Part shown: positions 29,906-45,120 of the stretch, one piece after another | Position numbering within the stretch: position 1 is the first letter of the stretch | Layout: the number at the start of each line of letters is the position of its first letter | Assembly: GCA_009914755.4 (NCBI GenBank) | Contig: CP068257.2 | Span: 18,688,001-18,752,000 of the forward strand | DNA from: the human T2T-CHM13v2.0 reference genome, Homo sapiens | Direction: 5' to 3' | DNA: 64,000 nt | Translations under genes and position numbers: made by a program | Notes under the pieces: generated by a model | The model's input: the letters and a program-made list of their open reading frames with translations, nothing else | Told to the model about the DNA's origin: nothing | Databases searched by the model: none

Positions 29906-32774
29906 AAAAAATGTTTGTAAACTTTATAAATTATTGATCAGATGTGAGGTGGATCTGGCTGCCACCTGGGTCACCCCATTGATTGCCAGGTTGACCTGGT
30001 TGATCCAGCTGGCTAGGCCAGTGTCCCCTGCCTCCTTCATGGCTCTGCGTTGCAAGCTCATGGAGGATGAGGATGATGTGTTCATTAAAAGACTGTTCTT
30101 CTGTTTAGGGTATAAATGATTCATTACTAAAATGTATGAATAAAACAAATACACAAAAAGTCAATTGAATTGCATAAATATTTCTCATACAACATGGCTA
30201 AAAATGTCCTCTCTTCCTAAATGGACTTTATGTCCTGTGAAACTCTTCCAGCTCATTTACATGCATAACTTCACCACTGGTTGTAATTCACGTATTATTG
30301 CTAAATCAAACAGTCATTGAAAACATATGGTCAGAAACTAATTTAAGAAAGAATATTTGTCTTTTTTATATTTTTCAAAAGAATATTAGGTACAAAGTAA
30401 AAACTCACTGAAGCTTCTTAAATGAGTGTTATTTTGAAAGTTAAACTATTCAGATTTATTAGTGATTCTGTCAGTTGTTTATAAAATCACACATTCTGGT
30501 TTCACCTTCATTCTAAATTTTTAACTTAAACAAAAGGAGCAGCTCTTCTGAATGTAAAAAATGTGCTATTATAAACCATCTGTATTTTTGTTAATGGTGA
30601 AAAATATAAGGAAAAGTAAAATAATTTGCATATAGATACAGACACATTTCATTCTCACTTTTAAATAAATGGGCTTATTTTGGTCAGTTAATTCACTGGG
30701 AGATATTCTGAGTTGTGTATATCAATCAACTCTAATGCAAGGTATCTTGCAGAAAAAAAATGGACCCATCTACCTTTCACTTTGCAGGAAGAACTGGAGC
30801 TTAGATGGACTCTTTGATCAGAAGATCAAAATATTTAACAAACATAAATGCATGTTCTGGACATTGCAGTACCTCACATTGCTATAATATCAGGATCAGC
30901 AATGAACTCTTTATAACCAGTTGTTTTCAAATATAAGTTAAATATTTGGCACTCAAAGATAGTCCACAAGCAAGAATATCAGCAACAGTTGAAAACTTAT
31001 CAAAAATGTAAAATCCTTTATTAAACTTCTTAAAAATGCCTCTCCTGCAAACTACTAAATTGGAATCTGCATTTTAACAGGCCTTTGTATACATATGAAA
31101 TTTGAGAAACACCAGGTTATGTGCTTTAACAGCACAGAGGGATGCTTTAAAAGGGACCTTCTTGTGTATGGAATTGAACTAGACGTTCAATTGGTTCTTC
31201 TAATCCTGAGATTATATGGGATCTCTGAAGGGATAAAAGAAATGAATCTTAAATTTTTACGTAATCTGCCACTTTCTTGTCCCATAACTTCTCTAATTTG
31301 AAGGAAAATATTATTTCATTCATTTGCTCTTCTTTATTAGTATTTTCTCTCAGGAAACCAAATAAAAAAAGTACAAAAGGAATTTCTCATTTTCTGTCAT
31401 TTTCAAAGTATAAGTCAAACCTTGATCCAGGCAGCAAAAGACAATTTAATAATTGACAGCCAGTTTAACCAGAGAGATTTTGCCTTTAATATCAAAAATA
31501 CAAAGCCACCAATTTCTTCAATTGTCAAGAAATTTTTATTAACATTGGCCCACAGTGAATTCTTTCATACTTCTTCCTGTTTTCCATTCCCAATACTATT
31601 CCGCTGGGGTACACGATAATGATTATCATCTCAATTCCCACAATACTACCTAACTAGTTTCTGAATTTTCACACTATTCTCTCTGATCCATTTTGTATAA
31701 TGTAGCCATAGTAAAATTTCTGAAATAGGAAACTGATCATGTTATCCCCTGCTTGAAACTCTGCAAACGTTTTCATTTTTAGGAAAGAGCTCAAACTCTG
31801 CAATAGCCTTCAGTAAATATCCCTGGTGATCATAACTTCGCTCTCCTTTGGCCTAGTCTCTTTGCTTCCCTCTCTTGTACTCTGCACTCCGCACTCCATG
31901 CATATCAAATTCCTGCCACTTTCACAAGCTCACCTTTTCAGATTTGGTATCCTGCTACTTCAATTTCACTCTTTCCTTATATTACATATAAAATAATATA
32001 TACTGTATATGGGATGTCCAATATAACACATAGTTTCTTTTCTCATCCTAAGTGCCACTTCAACTAGGAAGCCCATCATAATAGAATACATCTTATGTAG
32101 ATTTCATAGCACCCTGCAATTCTCTACCTTCACACATACTGCAGTATATTAAATCACCCAATTACTTGTAGAACTTTGTGAAAATATTATTTACCTAATC
32201 TTAGCAGATTACCTCTTAAAAACTGTCCATTTTAATAAAAACCTGTCTGATTTAGGTGATTATAGAACAACGAATAAAAATCAGGTAAACTGCAATGATA
32301 AAAAGTGAACAGGAATTTGTGGCAGGACTAAACACCAAAAGAGAGGAGAATATCAAAATAAAATAGAGGCCTAGTACTGATTATCTGGAGATAGACTTTA
32401 TGGAGACAGTTGACTATCTTTTGAGACTTAATGAAATTTCTTTGAGTTTCCTGAGCTATGTCTTATGAAAAACTCAATACCTTTCTCCAAATGCTGTATG
32501 AATTGCCTCTCCCTGCAATTTTTGTTCCCGTGTCTGTTTCCTAGTTCCTTCTTCTGCTGAAAGTTATAACTCTTTTCACAACTCTTTTCTCTTAGCTTTC
32601 TGTCAACCCATTTGTAAAATGTGGCTCTTATCAGTAGATACAGTATATTTTAGAAATTTGGAAACAACCAATGTCTTTTTCACTGCACAACTTAAACAAA
32701 TATTAAATATCTTATTACTATGATAATTATTATTATTTTGCAAGAACTTTGTTCTTGATGAAGAATTGTTCTAG

Positions 32775-33082
32775 GTTGGGCATGTTCGCTCATGCTTGTA
32801 ATCTTAACACTTTGGGAGGCCAAGGAGAAAGGATCATTTGAGTCCAGGAGTTCAAGACCAGTGTGGATAACATAGGGAGATACCATCTTTACAAAAATAA
32901 AAAATTAAAAAGTTGTATCCTGGTGGGGTGGTGCGTGCCCATGGTCCAGGCTACTTAAGAGGCTGAGGTGGAAGGATCACTTGAGGCTGAGAGGTCAAGG
33001 CTGTATAAGCTGTAATCACACCACTGAACTCCAGACTGAGCCACAGAGAGAGACCCTGTCTCAAAACAAACAAACAAAAAAA
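32775..33082 (+). mobile_element. Alu SINE, older diverged copy
   Basis: ggttgggcatgttcgctcatgcttgtaatcttaacactttgggaggccaaggagaaaggatcatttgagtccaggagttcaagaccag...ggctgaggtggaaggatcacttgaggctgagaggtcaaggctgtataagctgtaatcacaccactgaactccagactgagccacagagagagaccctgtctcaaaacaaacaaacaaaaaaagg. Confidence 0.85.
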
Positions 33083-33099
33083 GGATTTCTATACCAATT

Positions 33100-34915
33100 A
33101 TTTGGTCACCATGCCAATCTCATGGACTGGAAGATTCACCATTGTTAAAATGTTCATATTACCCAAAGCATCTATAGATTCGATGCAATCCCTATCCAAA
33201 TACCAATGACATTATTCACAGATGTAGGAAAAAAAATTATAAAATGTATATGGAACCACAAAGACCTGACTAGCCAAAGCTATGCTAAGTGAAAAGAACA
33301 AAACTAGAAGAATCACATTACCTGACTTCAAATTATACTACAGAGCTATATAACTGAAATAGCATGGCCCCGGCATAAAAACAAACACATAAACCAAGGG
33401 AGCAGAATAGAGAACCCAGAAACAAATCTGCCCACCTACAGTGAATTCATTCTTGACAAAGATGTCAAGAACATACATTGGAGCAAGAACAATCTCTTCA
33501 ATAAATGGTGCTGGGAAAAATTCATATGCAGAAGAATGAAACTAGACCCTTATCTCTCATCATATACAAAAAATGAAATCAAAACGAATTAAAGACTTAA
33601 ATCTAAGACGTCAAACTATGAAGCTACTAGAAAAAAAAAAAAAAAAAAACTTTGGAGACACTCTCCAGGCCATTGATCTGGGCAAAAATTTCTTGAGCAA
33701 TGCCCCATAAGCACAGGCAAACGTGGACGAAGGGGATGACATCATGTTAAAAAAGCTTCTGCACAGCAAAAGATACAATCAACAAAGTGAAGAAACAACC
33801 CACAAAAATGGGAGAAAAGATTTGCAAACTACTCCTCTTACAAGAGATTAATAACCAGAATATATATATAAAGAACTCAAAGAGCTCCATAGGAAAATAA
33901 TCTAATAATCCAGTCAAAAATTGAAAAAAGATTGGAATAGACATTTCCCCAAAAAAGACATACAGATGACAACCAGACATATGAAAATGTACTCAACATC
34001 ATTGATCATCAGAGAAATGCAAATTGAAACTGCAATGAGATATCATGTCTCCCTTGTTAAAATGGCTTTTATCCAAAAGACAGGTAATAACAAATGTTTG
34101 TGAGGATGTGAAAAAAAGGAAACCTTTGTACGCTCTTGGTGGAAATGTAAATTAGTAAAACCACTTTGGAGAACAGTTTGGAGGTTCCTCACAAAACTAA
34201 AAATTGAGTTACCTTGTGATCCAACAATTCCTCTGCTGGGTATATACCCAAAAGAAAATAAATCAGTATATCAAAGAGGTATCTGCACTCCTGTGTTTGT
34301 TGCAGCACTGTTCACAATAGCTAAGATTTAGAAGCCAACCAAGTGTCCATCAACAGATGACTGGATAAAGGAAATGTGGTACATATACACAATGGAGTAC
34401 CATTCAGCCATAAAAAATGAGATTCAGTCATTTGCAACAACATGGATGGAACTGGAGATCAATATGTTAAGGAAAATAAGTGAGGCACAGAAACACAAAC
34501 ATTGCATGTCCTCGCTTACTTGTGGGATCTAAAAATCAAAACAATTGAACTCATGGACATGAGTTCAAGAGTAAAAGGATAGTTACCAGAGACTGGGAAG
34601 GGTAGTGGTATAGGTGGCTGAGGGAGAGGTAAGGATGGTTAATGCGTACAAAAAAACAGAAAAAATGAAAAACGCCTACTATTTGATAACACAATAGGGT
34701 GGCTATAGTCAATTATATGCTTAAAAATAACTTAAGGAGTGTAATTGGATGGTTTGTAACTCAAAGGATAAATGCTTGAGGGGATGAATACCCCCATTCT
34801 AGATGATGTGCTTATTTCAAACTGCATGCCTATATCAAAACATCTCATGTACTCTATAAATATATACGTCTACTATGTACCCACAAAATAAAAAATAAAA
34901 ATAAAAATGAATAAA
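33100..34915 (+). mobile_element. Old L1 3' portion (ORF2 C-terminal third plus 3'UTR), sense orientation, A-rich tail
   Basis: ...ccaatctcatggactggaagattcaccattgttaaaatg...caaagcatctatagattcgatgcaatccctatccaaataccaatgacattattcacag...cattacctgacttcaaattatactacagagctatataactgaaatagcatggccccgg...cagagaaatgcaaattgaaactgcaatgagatatcatgtctcc...gataaaggaaatgtggtacatatacacaatggagtaccattcagccataaaaaatgag...ctactatgtacccacaaaataaaaaataaaaataaaaatgaataaat. Confidence 0.85.
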
Positions 34916-37900
34916 TACTTGAATGGATTCACCTAAAAAGAGCATTTCCTTTTAGGGAACACCTATCCCAAAACCCTATCCTAAACTTGGTGGCATCAAA
35001 ATTTTCAAATTTTCTTCCAGCTCAGAAAAACTATCCTCTAGTTTTTCCCCATGGAAATGAAAACATTCATTTGATAAAGCAAATATCTATACTACTGGTG
35101 GTCTTATTTTTGTTCTTGTTATGATGTCATATATGTCAGAGTTACCTAAAAGATTTAGAAATAATAATCAGAATGTAAGCCCCCACGGGAAAGAATTTTG
35201 TGTCTTCAATACTGCATCCCCATTATCTATAATAAGACTAGGCAAAGTATAGTGATATAACAAAAATTATAAAATGAATGAGTGAAAGAATTAACCTTCC
35301 TAATCTAACAAATTGTTGGGGTTCTTCATTTGATAACCACTAGGGAGAGTGCAAACAAAATTAACAACACCACCACCACCAACACCAACAACAAACCATA
35401 GAAGAGCTGGGAAGGGTTCAAATAGGAGAAAAAAAAACAACAATATAGGGAAACAATGGAAAGTATTACCCATTTTTCCCTTCTCTAAAAGACAGCAACT
35501 GTCTTTGAGGTATTTGGGAAAGCATAATAAACAGAGGAGAGACTTAGAATATGAGTCCCGAGACTGCCAAGGGTAAAATTTTTAGTTGAAAAGCATATAG
35601 GTCTCCAAGCCTAGATCTTTGGAGAAAAGGTCAGGATTTTGGGACACAAATCAATTTTTAAAAATCTGTCAAATGTACATAATATTAATAAATATTTACA
35701 AGGTTGCAATATTCTGGATGTTTCTGCAAAAAGTTGATTTTGATTTTTTAATGCTAATTAATGCTGAAAGAGTAAATAGGAGGATACCGGATATTTATAT
35801 TTTGATAGCTGGGAGCAGGACCAGCTACATAATTTGTGAGGACCAGTTAAAAAATAGAAATGTAGGCTTCTTGTTAAAAAATTATTGGGAATTTTACAAC
35901 ACCAACAGTAGCACATTAAACCACGTATAAGACCCTTTTGCATACCCATAAAGCTGATTGTGGTTGGGAATAATACTAAGTGCAATGAAATATGCTGAAA
36001 TGGTGGTCATCTACGTCTTTGTGACAAAACATTTTTGACACAAAATTATTTACCTAAACATCTACTTGAATAATAGTTTATGTTATATTATTTTGCCTCA
36101 GCATTAACTTCCTTTATTACTGAATTTAACTGTATCTTTCCTCTTTGGAAATGGGAAAATTAGAGACACTATTAGATGATAACATCTTCTGATTAAAAGT
36201 TCCTTGATGATCAAAGTAATGAAAAAAAAGATAATTAACATTTATGAACCAATTAGTATGTGCTAGATGCTACAACTACATAGGCTCATTAATCCTGAAG
36301 TAAAAATTTTCCAGTTATCAGCATACGTTCATGTGTAATTAATGAAGTAATTAACAAATGTAAGTAACTTGTCAAAGCATCACACAACCAATAGATGACT
36401 AATTACGAATCAATACCGAGATTTGTTTAGTATGAAAAAAGAGAAACTTCTCTAATTCCTTCTTAGAGCATTCTAGTTGTCTCTTCTTTTTCTCCTATTC
36501 CCCAGGGAAAATGAAGTTATGAATATGATTGATTATATCCCAAGGCATTAACTGTGTATTAAAAAGCATACATTTCTTATTTTCTCTGTTTTTTCCCCTT
36601 GTGATACACAATTTTTTGATACTTCCTCTCTCTCTCTTTCTATTTTTCTCTAAATTGCATAAATTCAGATGCTCAGATTTAGATCTACATAAGTGGGAAA
36701 CTTCCTTTATGTACTAAACTTAAACGTCCTTTTACTGAGCTCTTTATTGCTGTACTGAGTTCTTGCAAAGCGGTTGTCAAAAACCTGTTCTGTTATTGCA
36801 TCTTGTGTTCTCAGGTAGAAAAATGGAATGATGTGTAAGGTGATGTTTATATAGTTTTGCATCTTTATTCATAGCATCCAACCTCATACTTAACTTCCCT
36901 TTACATCCATACGGTGTGTGATACTTACAGTTTTGTTTTTAGGATTAAATAATGTAATGAATGCATAGTGCCTGACACATCCATTCTACTTGACAAAATC
37001 AACTATAATAATAATGATATATCTATTTCAGGGTGGAGGACAGGCCTATGAAAATACATATTTGGAGCAATTGAATTAGAAAAAAATCATTGATTTGCAA
37101 ATTGAATAGGATAAGATTATCAAAGTTAGCTTTGAGAATCTGATAAGAAAGAGAATAAGAGATACACATGACATTTCAAAGTTTGAACTGTCTGATGATA
37201 GTCAATTACATAAGGAAAGCTAGGCCTTTTCAACTAGAAATGATTCCTGGAAGAATTTTATCAACTTGACATTTATAAAAGCTATATTTGATAATATATG
37301 ACAAAATATGGCAAATATTCTAGTTTCTTGTGTCTCTATAAAAGCTCAAAATGTGACTTTCACTCAATGAATATGTTTCTATGGAAACTAACATAAATAA
37401 TGTATTATATTATTTTCTAATGATCTAGCTTAGTACAGGACTAGAATTTCAAAGGCTGAAACAAATAAAATTTATTTAATATCTTAACTTTGTCAAGCAA
37501 GAGCTGAAGACATGGGTCACATTGAAATTCTTCTTAAGATCTCAATATGTCAGTATTCTATTTGTTGAATAAATGGTGACCTATATGTTTTAAAGAAAAT
37601 ATATGTAAGAATTAATTGACATGCTATTGTAAAAATGTATGAGTTTTACTTGAATTCTCCTTCAGACAGATGGCTATTTCATTTTAAAAAGACAGAGGAC
37701 ACAGGAGTGCATGGGGTGAGACAAAGTATTTTATTATTTTTCCTCCAAAAAAGTTTGGATTTTAGCTAGGTACTTAGACATGTGCAGTTCGAGATCCAAA
37801 GTTCAGCACCATAAATCTTAGAGCAGACCATCTGGAGCTAAAAATATTTAAGAACAGGTGTTATAAATTGCCCATTTATGTTCATATAGGAGCAAGATGG

Positions 37901-38214
37901 TAGTAGAAAATCTGCTTTCAAGTAGAAGTACATCTTGATGGACATTTCAGAATAAATTATCTGCCAAATATACTCTTAAGTGTATAAATAGATTTTGTCA
38001 TATAGGTGAGGTTGCTTGGGAGCATCTGTTTACATTTTGGAAATTTCAAGTTAAGTTTCCATTTTAGAATATTTGTTGCTTGATAGATCTTTTTACAGGA
38101 AATATTTAACAGGAGATTTTTCTTTAGGTTTCTTTTCTTTGTAACATAAAGCTATTTTGTCAGAGAATAATTAATATGTCTTCTTACTTATTATGGCAGG
38201 TATACCCAACAATC

Positions 38215-38413
38215 CCTTATTTGCAAATATCTTTATTTTATATACAATCACCTCTTTGCATTCATAGGGGATTGGTTCTAGAACTCCCTGAGGATACACA
38301 AATCCGTGGATACTCAAGTCCATTATATAAATGGTGTAGTGTCTGCATGTAGCCTTAGGTGTACTATGTGTATAGTCTTTAAATCATCCCCACATTACTT
38401 ATAATACCTAACA
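38215..38413. mobile_element. MER44/Tigger3-like MITE, left part (split by the Tigger2 insertion)
   Basis: ggggattggttctagaactccctgaggatacacaaatccgtggatactcaagtccattatataaatggtgtagtgtctgcatgtagccttaggtgtactatgtgtatagtctttaaatcatccccacattacttataatacctaacacgatgtaaatatt matches the remembered MER44/Tigger3 sequence ggggattggttccagaacccccgcggataccaaaatccgcggatgctcaagtcccttatataaaatggcgtag...ctttaaatcatctctagattacttataatacctaatacaatgtaaatgct. Confidence 0.5.
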
Positions 38414-39902
38414 CGATGTAAATATTATCCTTGAACAATGTGGCAGGTCAGGAATGCTGACTCCCCATGTAGTCAAAAATCTGCATATAGTTTTTGACTC
38501 CCCAAAAACTTAACTATTAATAGCCTACTGTTGACTAGGAGCCTTACCAATACCATAAACAATTACACATATTTTATATGTTATATGTATTATATGCTGT
38601 GTTCTCCTCATAAAGTAAGCTAGGAAAAAATAAAATGTTATTAAGAAAAACATGAGAAGATAAAATATATTTACTATTCATTAAGTGGAAGTGAATCATT
38701 ATAAAGGTTTTCATCTTCATGTTTTCACTTTGGACAGACTGAGGGGGAGGAGGGAAAGGAGGAGTTGGTCTTGCTGTCTCAGGCATGGCAGAGTAGAAGG
38801 GGTGGAGGAGGCAGGAGAGGCTGGCAAACTCAGTGTAACTTTACAGAACTCATTGTAATTTCTGTCTAACTTTTGTGCATACAGTACTAATCCTTCCCCC
38901 ACTGTTTGCTTTACTTTCAGCGTCTGTGTCATGTAAGGGACCATGTCATAAAAGAAGTAAAAAGCAGTCTTGAAGAATCGGAACAATTCTGCTAGATTCT
39001 CTAATGTCAGTTTGTTTCCTGGTACTGCTGCTTCTAATTCTTCTTCTCATCATCTGGCACTGGCTCAAAAGCACGCCACCCATCTCCATCAAGTCATCTT
39101 CTGTTAATTCCTCTGGAGTGGTGTCTATTAGCTCTTAAATTTTTTCAAGATCCAAATCTTGAGTCCCTTCCCCCTCTACCTTTTTTTTTTTTTTTTTGCC
39201 ATATCCACAATTTCTTTCATGATTTCCTTGATTGACTTTATTGTAAATTAGATGTTTTAGAATGCAAAACATCTGGACACAGTTTTCCCTAGGAGGAATT
39301 TATTATTTTGGGCTTAATGACTTTCATGGCTTTTTCTATAACAGCAATGGCATCTTTAATGGTGTAATTCTCCCAGACTTTTATTATGTTTTCTCTGTGA
39401 GTGTTCCTTTTTATAGCATTGAGAATCTTTTCCATAGAGTATCATGCATAATGAGCTAAAAAGTCCTTACTACTTCCTGATCTCAAGGCTGAACTAGAGA
39501 CTTTGGGAAAAGTAGACCCCTTCGAAGTCTTCAGAGATGATCTCACGAGGTTCTGGGTGACCAGGGACATTGTCTAATATCAAAAGAACTTTAAAAGGTA
39601 GTCCTTTGCTGGCAAAGTACTTCCAGACTTCAGAGACAAAGCATCAATAAAACCAATCCAGACTAAAAATTTCTTGTTGTCCAAGTCTTCTTGTACAACC
39701 AAAAGGCTAGCAGCTCGTATTTATCTTTTCTCTTCAAGGCTGGGGAATTAGTAGCTTTTTAGATGAGGGCAGTTCTGACCATAAACCCAACTGCATTTGC
39801 ACAAAACAGTAGAGTTAGCCTATCCTTTCCTTTGCTTTAAGTTGTCATATAATGACTTTGCTTTTTCTCAAATTATGTTAAAATATAGAGGTGTGTCTTT
39901 TT

Positions 39903-40196
39903 GTGTGTGTGTGTGAGATGGAGTCTCCCTCTGTCACCCATGCTGGAGTGCAGTGGCGCCATCTCTGTTCACTGCAACCTCTGCCTCCCGATTCAAGCGA
40001 TTCCTCTGCCTCAGTCTCCCGACTAGCTGGGACTACAGGCATGTGTCACCACACCTGGCTAATTTTTTGTATTTTTAGTAGAGATGAGGTTTCACCGTGT
40101 TAGCCAGAATGGTCTCGGTCTCCTGACCTCCTGATCCACCCACCTCCGCCTCCCAAAGTGCTGGGATTACAGGTGTGAGCCACCATGCCCAGCCAG
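39903..40196 (-). mobile_element. Alu SINE (reverse orientation) nested inside the Tigger2 element. The (GT)n at 39902-39915 abuts it.
   Basis: gagatggagtctccctctgtcacccatgctggagtgcagtggcgccatctctgttcactgcaacctctgcctcccgattcaagcgattcctctgcctcagtctcccgactagctgggactacaggc...cctcccaaagtgctgggattacaggtgtgagccaccatgcccagcc. Confidence 0.92.
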
Positions 40197-40594
40197 GTAT
40201 GCTATAGCAATTTTGGCCTCGTATAAAAACTACATTTTCAAAAGAAGATGAGATAAAAGGGTACTTTGCAAAAAGTGCAAGGTTTTCACATCTGTTGGCA
40301 TAAATGCAGCAATGGCTTAATAAATTTTCTTTTCTTTTTTTTTTTCAATGGTTCTTACACTAGATTAATTTATCTTGAAATACTGGGCAACTGCAGCTGC
40401 AGACTTCAACATACATCACATATCAAACAAGGTAATGTTTTCTTGTAATGTCATGACTTTTCTATGATTCTCAGGACCACTTCAAGCATCACTAACGGCA
40501 TTTTGTATGAGTCTCACGCTGTTAATCAAGGTTCACAGTCTTGCACTAAACATGAAAATATGTGAGAACCATAGGAGATCACTTTTTACTATAG

Positions 40595-40951
<357 letters not shown>

Positions 40952-41414
40952 TCATTGCATGACTTTTAAGCTGATATTGGCAACACTTGAGCTCACCACA
41001 ACAGAAACAGGATGTGGCTACCAAATTATTACAGTAGTACAATATGTACTACAGTTAATTTTATGCAGTTGTAATTTAATAGTGCATCTTAACATTTGTT
41101 TACATTTATCTCAACTGTGAATGGCACCATGTAGATCTGTGTTTATATGTGTAATATTTTATAAACTTTAACTTCTTATCATAAAACTGTGTCTATTTTA
41201 TGGTAGTAAATGATAAAACAAGTAAGTATCTACATTGATTTTATGCACTTATAACATACCTAACTTTTTCTTATTTTTCTCTATATTTCTAGGCTATGCA
41301 GTTCATCTGAGTTTTTTCTTCAAACTGTGGCAAATCTCAAAAAAAATTCCAGTATACTTATTGAAAAAAGTTTTCACAGAAGCAAACTTATGCAGTTCAA
41401 ACGTGATTATTCAA

Positions 41415-41585
41415 GGATCAACTGTCATTGCTATATTGTATGGTTTAGGAAATAATAATTTTAAAAGACTTTAAAATATTCTGTACAGACACAACAATTT
41501 TTTGAGTATTTTTGATTCATGGTTGGTTGAATTTACAGATGTGGAATCCATTGATATGGATGGATGAGCGTACTTCCTTTTCCTT
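41415..41585. mobile_element. MER44/Tigger3-like MITE, right part (resumes after the Tigger2 insertion)
   Basis: tcattgctatattgtatggtttaggaaataataattttaaaagactttaaaatattctgtacagacacaacaattttttgagtatttttgattcatggttggttgaatttacagatgtggaatccattgatatggatggatgagcgtac matches the consensus ...ctatgtaaatagttgttatactgtattgtttagggaataatgacaagaaaaaaagtctgtacatgttcagtacagacgcaaccatccatttttttttccgaatattttcgatccgcggttggttgaatccgcggatgcggaacccacggatacggagggccgac. Confidence 0.5.
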
Positions 41586-41660
41586 TCTACCTCAAGGAAG
41601 AATATGTATATTTATTGTTGGGAAACTTTTTATCATCTTAATATATAGAAAGACTTTGGA

Positions 41661-42028
<368 letters not shown>

Positions 42029-44089
42029 TTATATGCACGTCAGCTAATATCCAGTGAATGCAGAGCTTGGGAAAAAGAAACGCTGCTCTTGTTTTATCCC
42101 GCAATCTTATTGCTCCAAAATTCTGCTGAATTATTCTACTGCCCAAAGTCTAATTATAAAAATTATTAAATTTTATTTATTTCTACGCACAAATTGGAGT
42201 TTTGTCATTTGAAATCAAAGACTTCACACTAATTTTCTATTTAAATAGGTACTGTGCCCTGCTATATGGAAAGCACCATGCTAGGAGTTGAGGTTTGAAT
42301 TTACAAAGACAAATAAAACTTAGAATTATCCATGAAGAATTTGAAGCTAGGTATAAAAAGAAGAAAGCTCTAAATTAAAATTGAGTATGAAAACATCCAA
42401 AGTTCAGGAATATAAGAATTGCTATTGAAACACAGAAAAATTATATAAATACGATTTTCTGAGGGTTTTCTGAGCCAGGGAATTATGTGTCATTCTTCTT
42501 GTTCTTCACTTTATAAACCCAATCTTTTTAACCGGTTTTGTCCATTCTATGTCTTGAGCCCTTTGGAATTTTCTTTATTTCATTTTCTTTCCTTTTTTAG
42601 GATGTATATTGTGTATATTTTGCATATAAGTAATTGTAATTGTGTTGTATTATTCTTAAATAGTATTTAAGAGCATGACCTCGAGAGTCAGATCACTAGT
42701 GCACAAATCACATGTCTACCACTTAGATATTTTATTTGGGGTGAGTCTTTTAAACTTTCTGCTTTTTTGTTTCCATGTTGGCTAAATATGGCTGAAAACA
42801 ATACTTATTTCAAAAAGTTAGATCTAAAGAAGGTGCATTATTTCAGCATCCAGCAAAATAGCTGGTATATAGTAAGAGCTCAATTAATGTTACTTATTTT
42901 GTGTTATTACCACAGTTTGTTACTTGTTTCATATTCTCGGATTCCACCCTCATTCATCCTTCACCCATCATCTGGACTTACTTTAATAAAATATACATAT
43001 GATCATTTCATTTATCTACCTATAGCTCATCAGAAACTCCCATTTGCCTTCAAGATGAACTCATATATTTTTTGAGAGCATGATAGGCCTTTTATCATCA
43101 GTACCTTGTTGTATCACTAGTTTTATGACTGTCCGTTCATGTTCCCATCTTCCAAGCATGGTCCTTCTTGTCTACCTTTCAAAACCACCCTTGGTACTCC
43201 AGATTCTGGGCAGAAAACGCTACATGCCTTCAGTTACTTGAATTGGCAATGCTCTATTTCCCTCTTCTGAGACTTAGAACTCATTGAATTCACATTGCTT
43301 TCTTTATTCTTTCTCCACTCACCCCCATTCTTTCACAGGGCAAACTTTGTGTTATTTCCTCCATTAAAGTGCCCCAATTCTACCCCACAACAGAGCTATT
43401 TCCTTTTCTGTGTGTGCCTCCTGTGTGAAGCCTAGACAACCCCAAATTGTGGCATATAATCACAGTGTATTGGAATTTCCAGTTTCCTTATCGGATGCTT
43501 CAATTCATTGTGTATTGTTCAAAGTCAGAGCCAGACTCATTTAATTATTATATGTTTAAGCCTAGAGGAATATACATACATACGTATAAATTAGGTCCTG
43601 AAAATAATTTGGTGTATATTTAACATAAAGAAGTACAGTTTTCCTTGAGTCTTGAAAAAAATGTTTCCAGTAATGAAACTCAGGAGAGCAGATAAATCAG
43701 AAGTTTAAACCTGTGCAATTATATGGATACCAAAAAAGTATTATAAATTCAGAAACCACAATATATAGCATACTGTTCTTTTATGTGCTTATTTTGCAAA
43801 ATCAATCCCTACTATTGAAATTTGGTAATATATGTATTAAAATTATATAACTCTGTGTGGAAGGAGAATATGGCATATTGGAAAATTAAAGTCTGCGCTG
43901 AAAATGTGGTGTCTTGGATTGGTATTCTTGGCATACAACTGACTGCCTAGGGCACTTTAAGCTACTTAATTTATCTGATTACTGTTTTCCTCAATTGACC
44001 TTCAAGTGAAAATGGCTTAAGTTCCTTCCTCCTTTAGAATCCCAAAATCCTAATATTACTGGATGTTAGGGATTTTATTGTATCACTTC

Positions 44090-44737
<648 letters not shown>

Positions 44738-44745
<8 letters not shown>

Positions 44746-45120
44746 CCTTGGAAGTATTGGATACCTCGGAAGTATTGGGGGTTGGGTTCCAGACCACTGT
44801 AATAAAATGAACAAAGTAAGTAACACATACATTTTGGTTTTCCAGTGCATAAAATGTATGTTTACACTATACTGAAGCCTATTAAGCGTGCAATAGTATT
44901 ATGTTTCAAAAATGTACATACCTGAACTTAAAAATATTTTATTTCTAAAATATGCTAACAATCGTCTGACACAGAGACACAAAGTGAGCCCATGCTGTTG
45001 GAGAAATAGCACTGATAGACTTGTTCCATGCAGAGTTGCCACAAACTTTCAATCTTAAAAAAAATACAGTATCTGTGAAGTTCAATAAAGCAAAGAGCAA
45101 TAAAACCAGATACACCTGTA
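44738..45120. mobile_element. Tigger1-derived internally deleted element (MITE-like, about 380 bp) with both terminal regions
   Basis: caaggcataccttggaagtattgg...gggttgggttccagaccactgtaataaaatgaacaaagtaagtaacacatacattttggttttccagtgcataaaatgtatgtttacactatactgaagcctattaagcgtgcaatagtattatg...acacagagacacaaagtgagcccatgctgttggagaaatagcactgatagacttgttccatgcagagttgccacaaactttcaatcttaaaaaaaatacagtatctgtgaagttcaataaagcaaagagcaataaaaccagatacacctgta matches the Tigger1 ends (caggcataccttggaaatattgcgggttcggttccagaccaccgcaataaagcg... / ...acacagagacacgaagtgagcacatgctgttggaaaaatggcgccgatagacttgctcgacgcagggttgccacaaaccttcaatttgtaaaaaacgcaatatctgcgaagcgcaataaagcgaagcacaataaaacgaggtatgcctgta). Confidence 0.6.

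Noticed and set aside
38717-39459. ORFs 38717-38986 (-) and 39262-39459 (+) inside the Tigger element, as a possible transposase gene
   Set aside because: The recognisable pogo-type transposase motif reads on the minus strand and is broken by stops and frameshifts. No ORF of 60 aa or longer covers it. The listed ORFs are chance frames in the decayed element.
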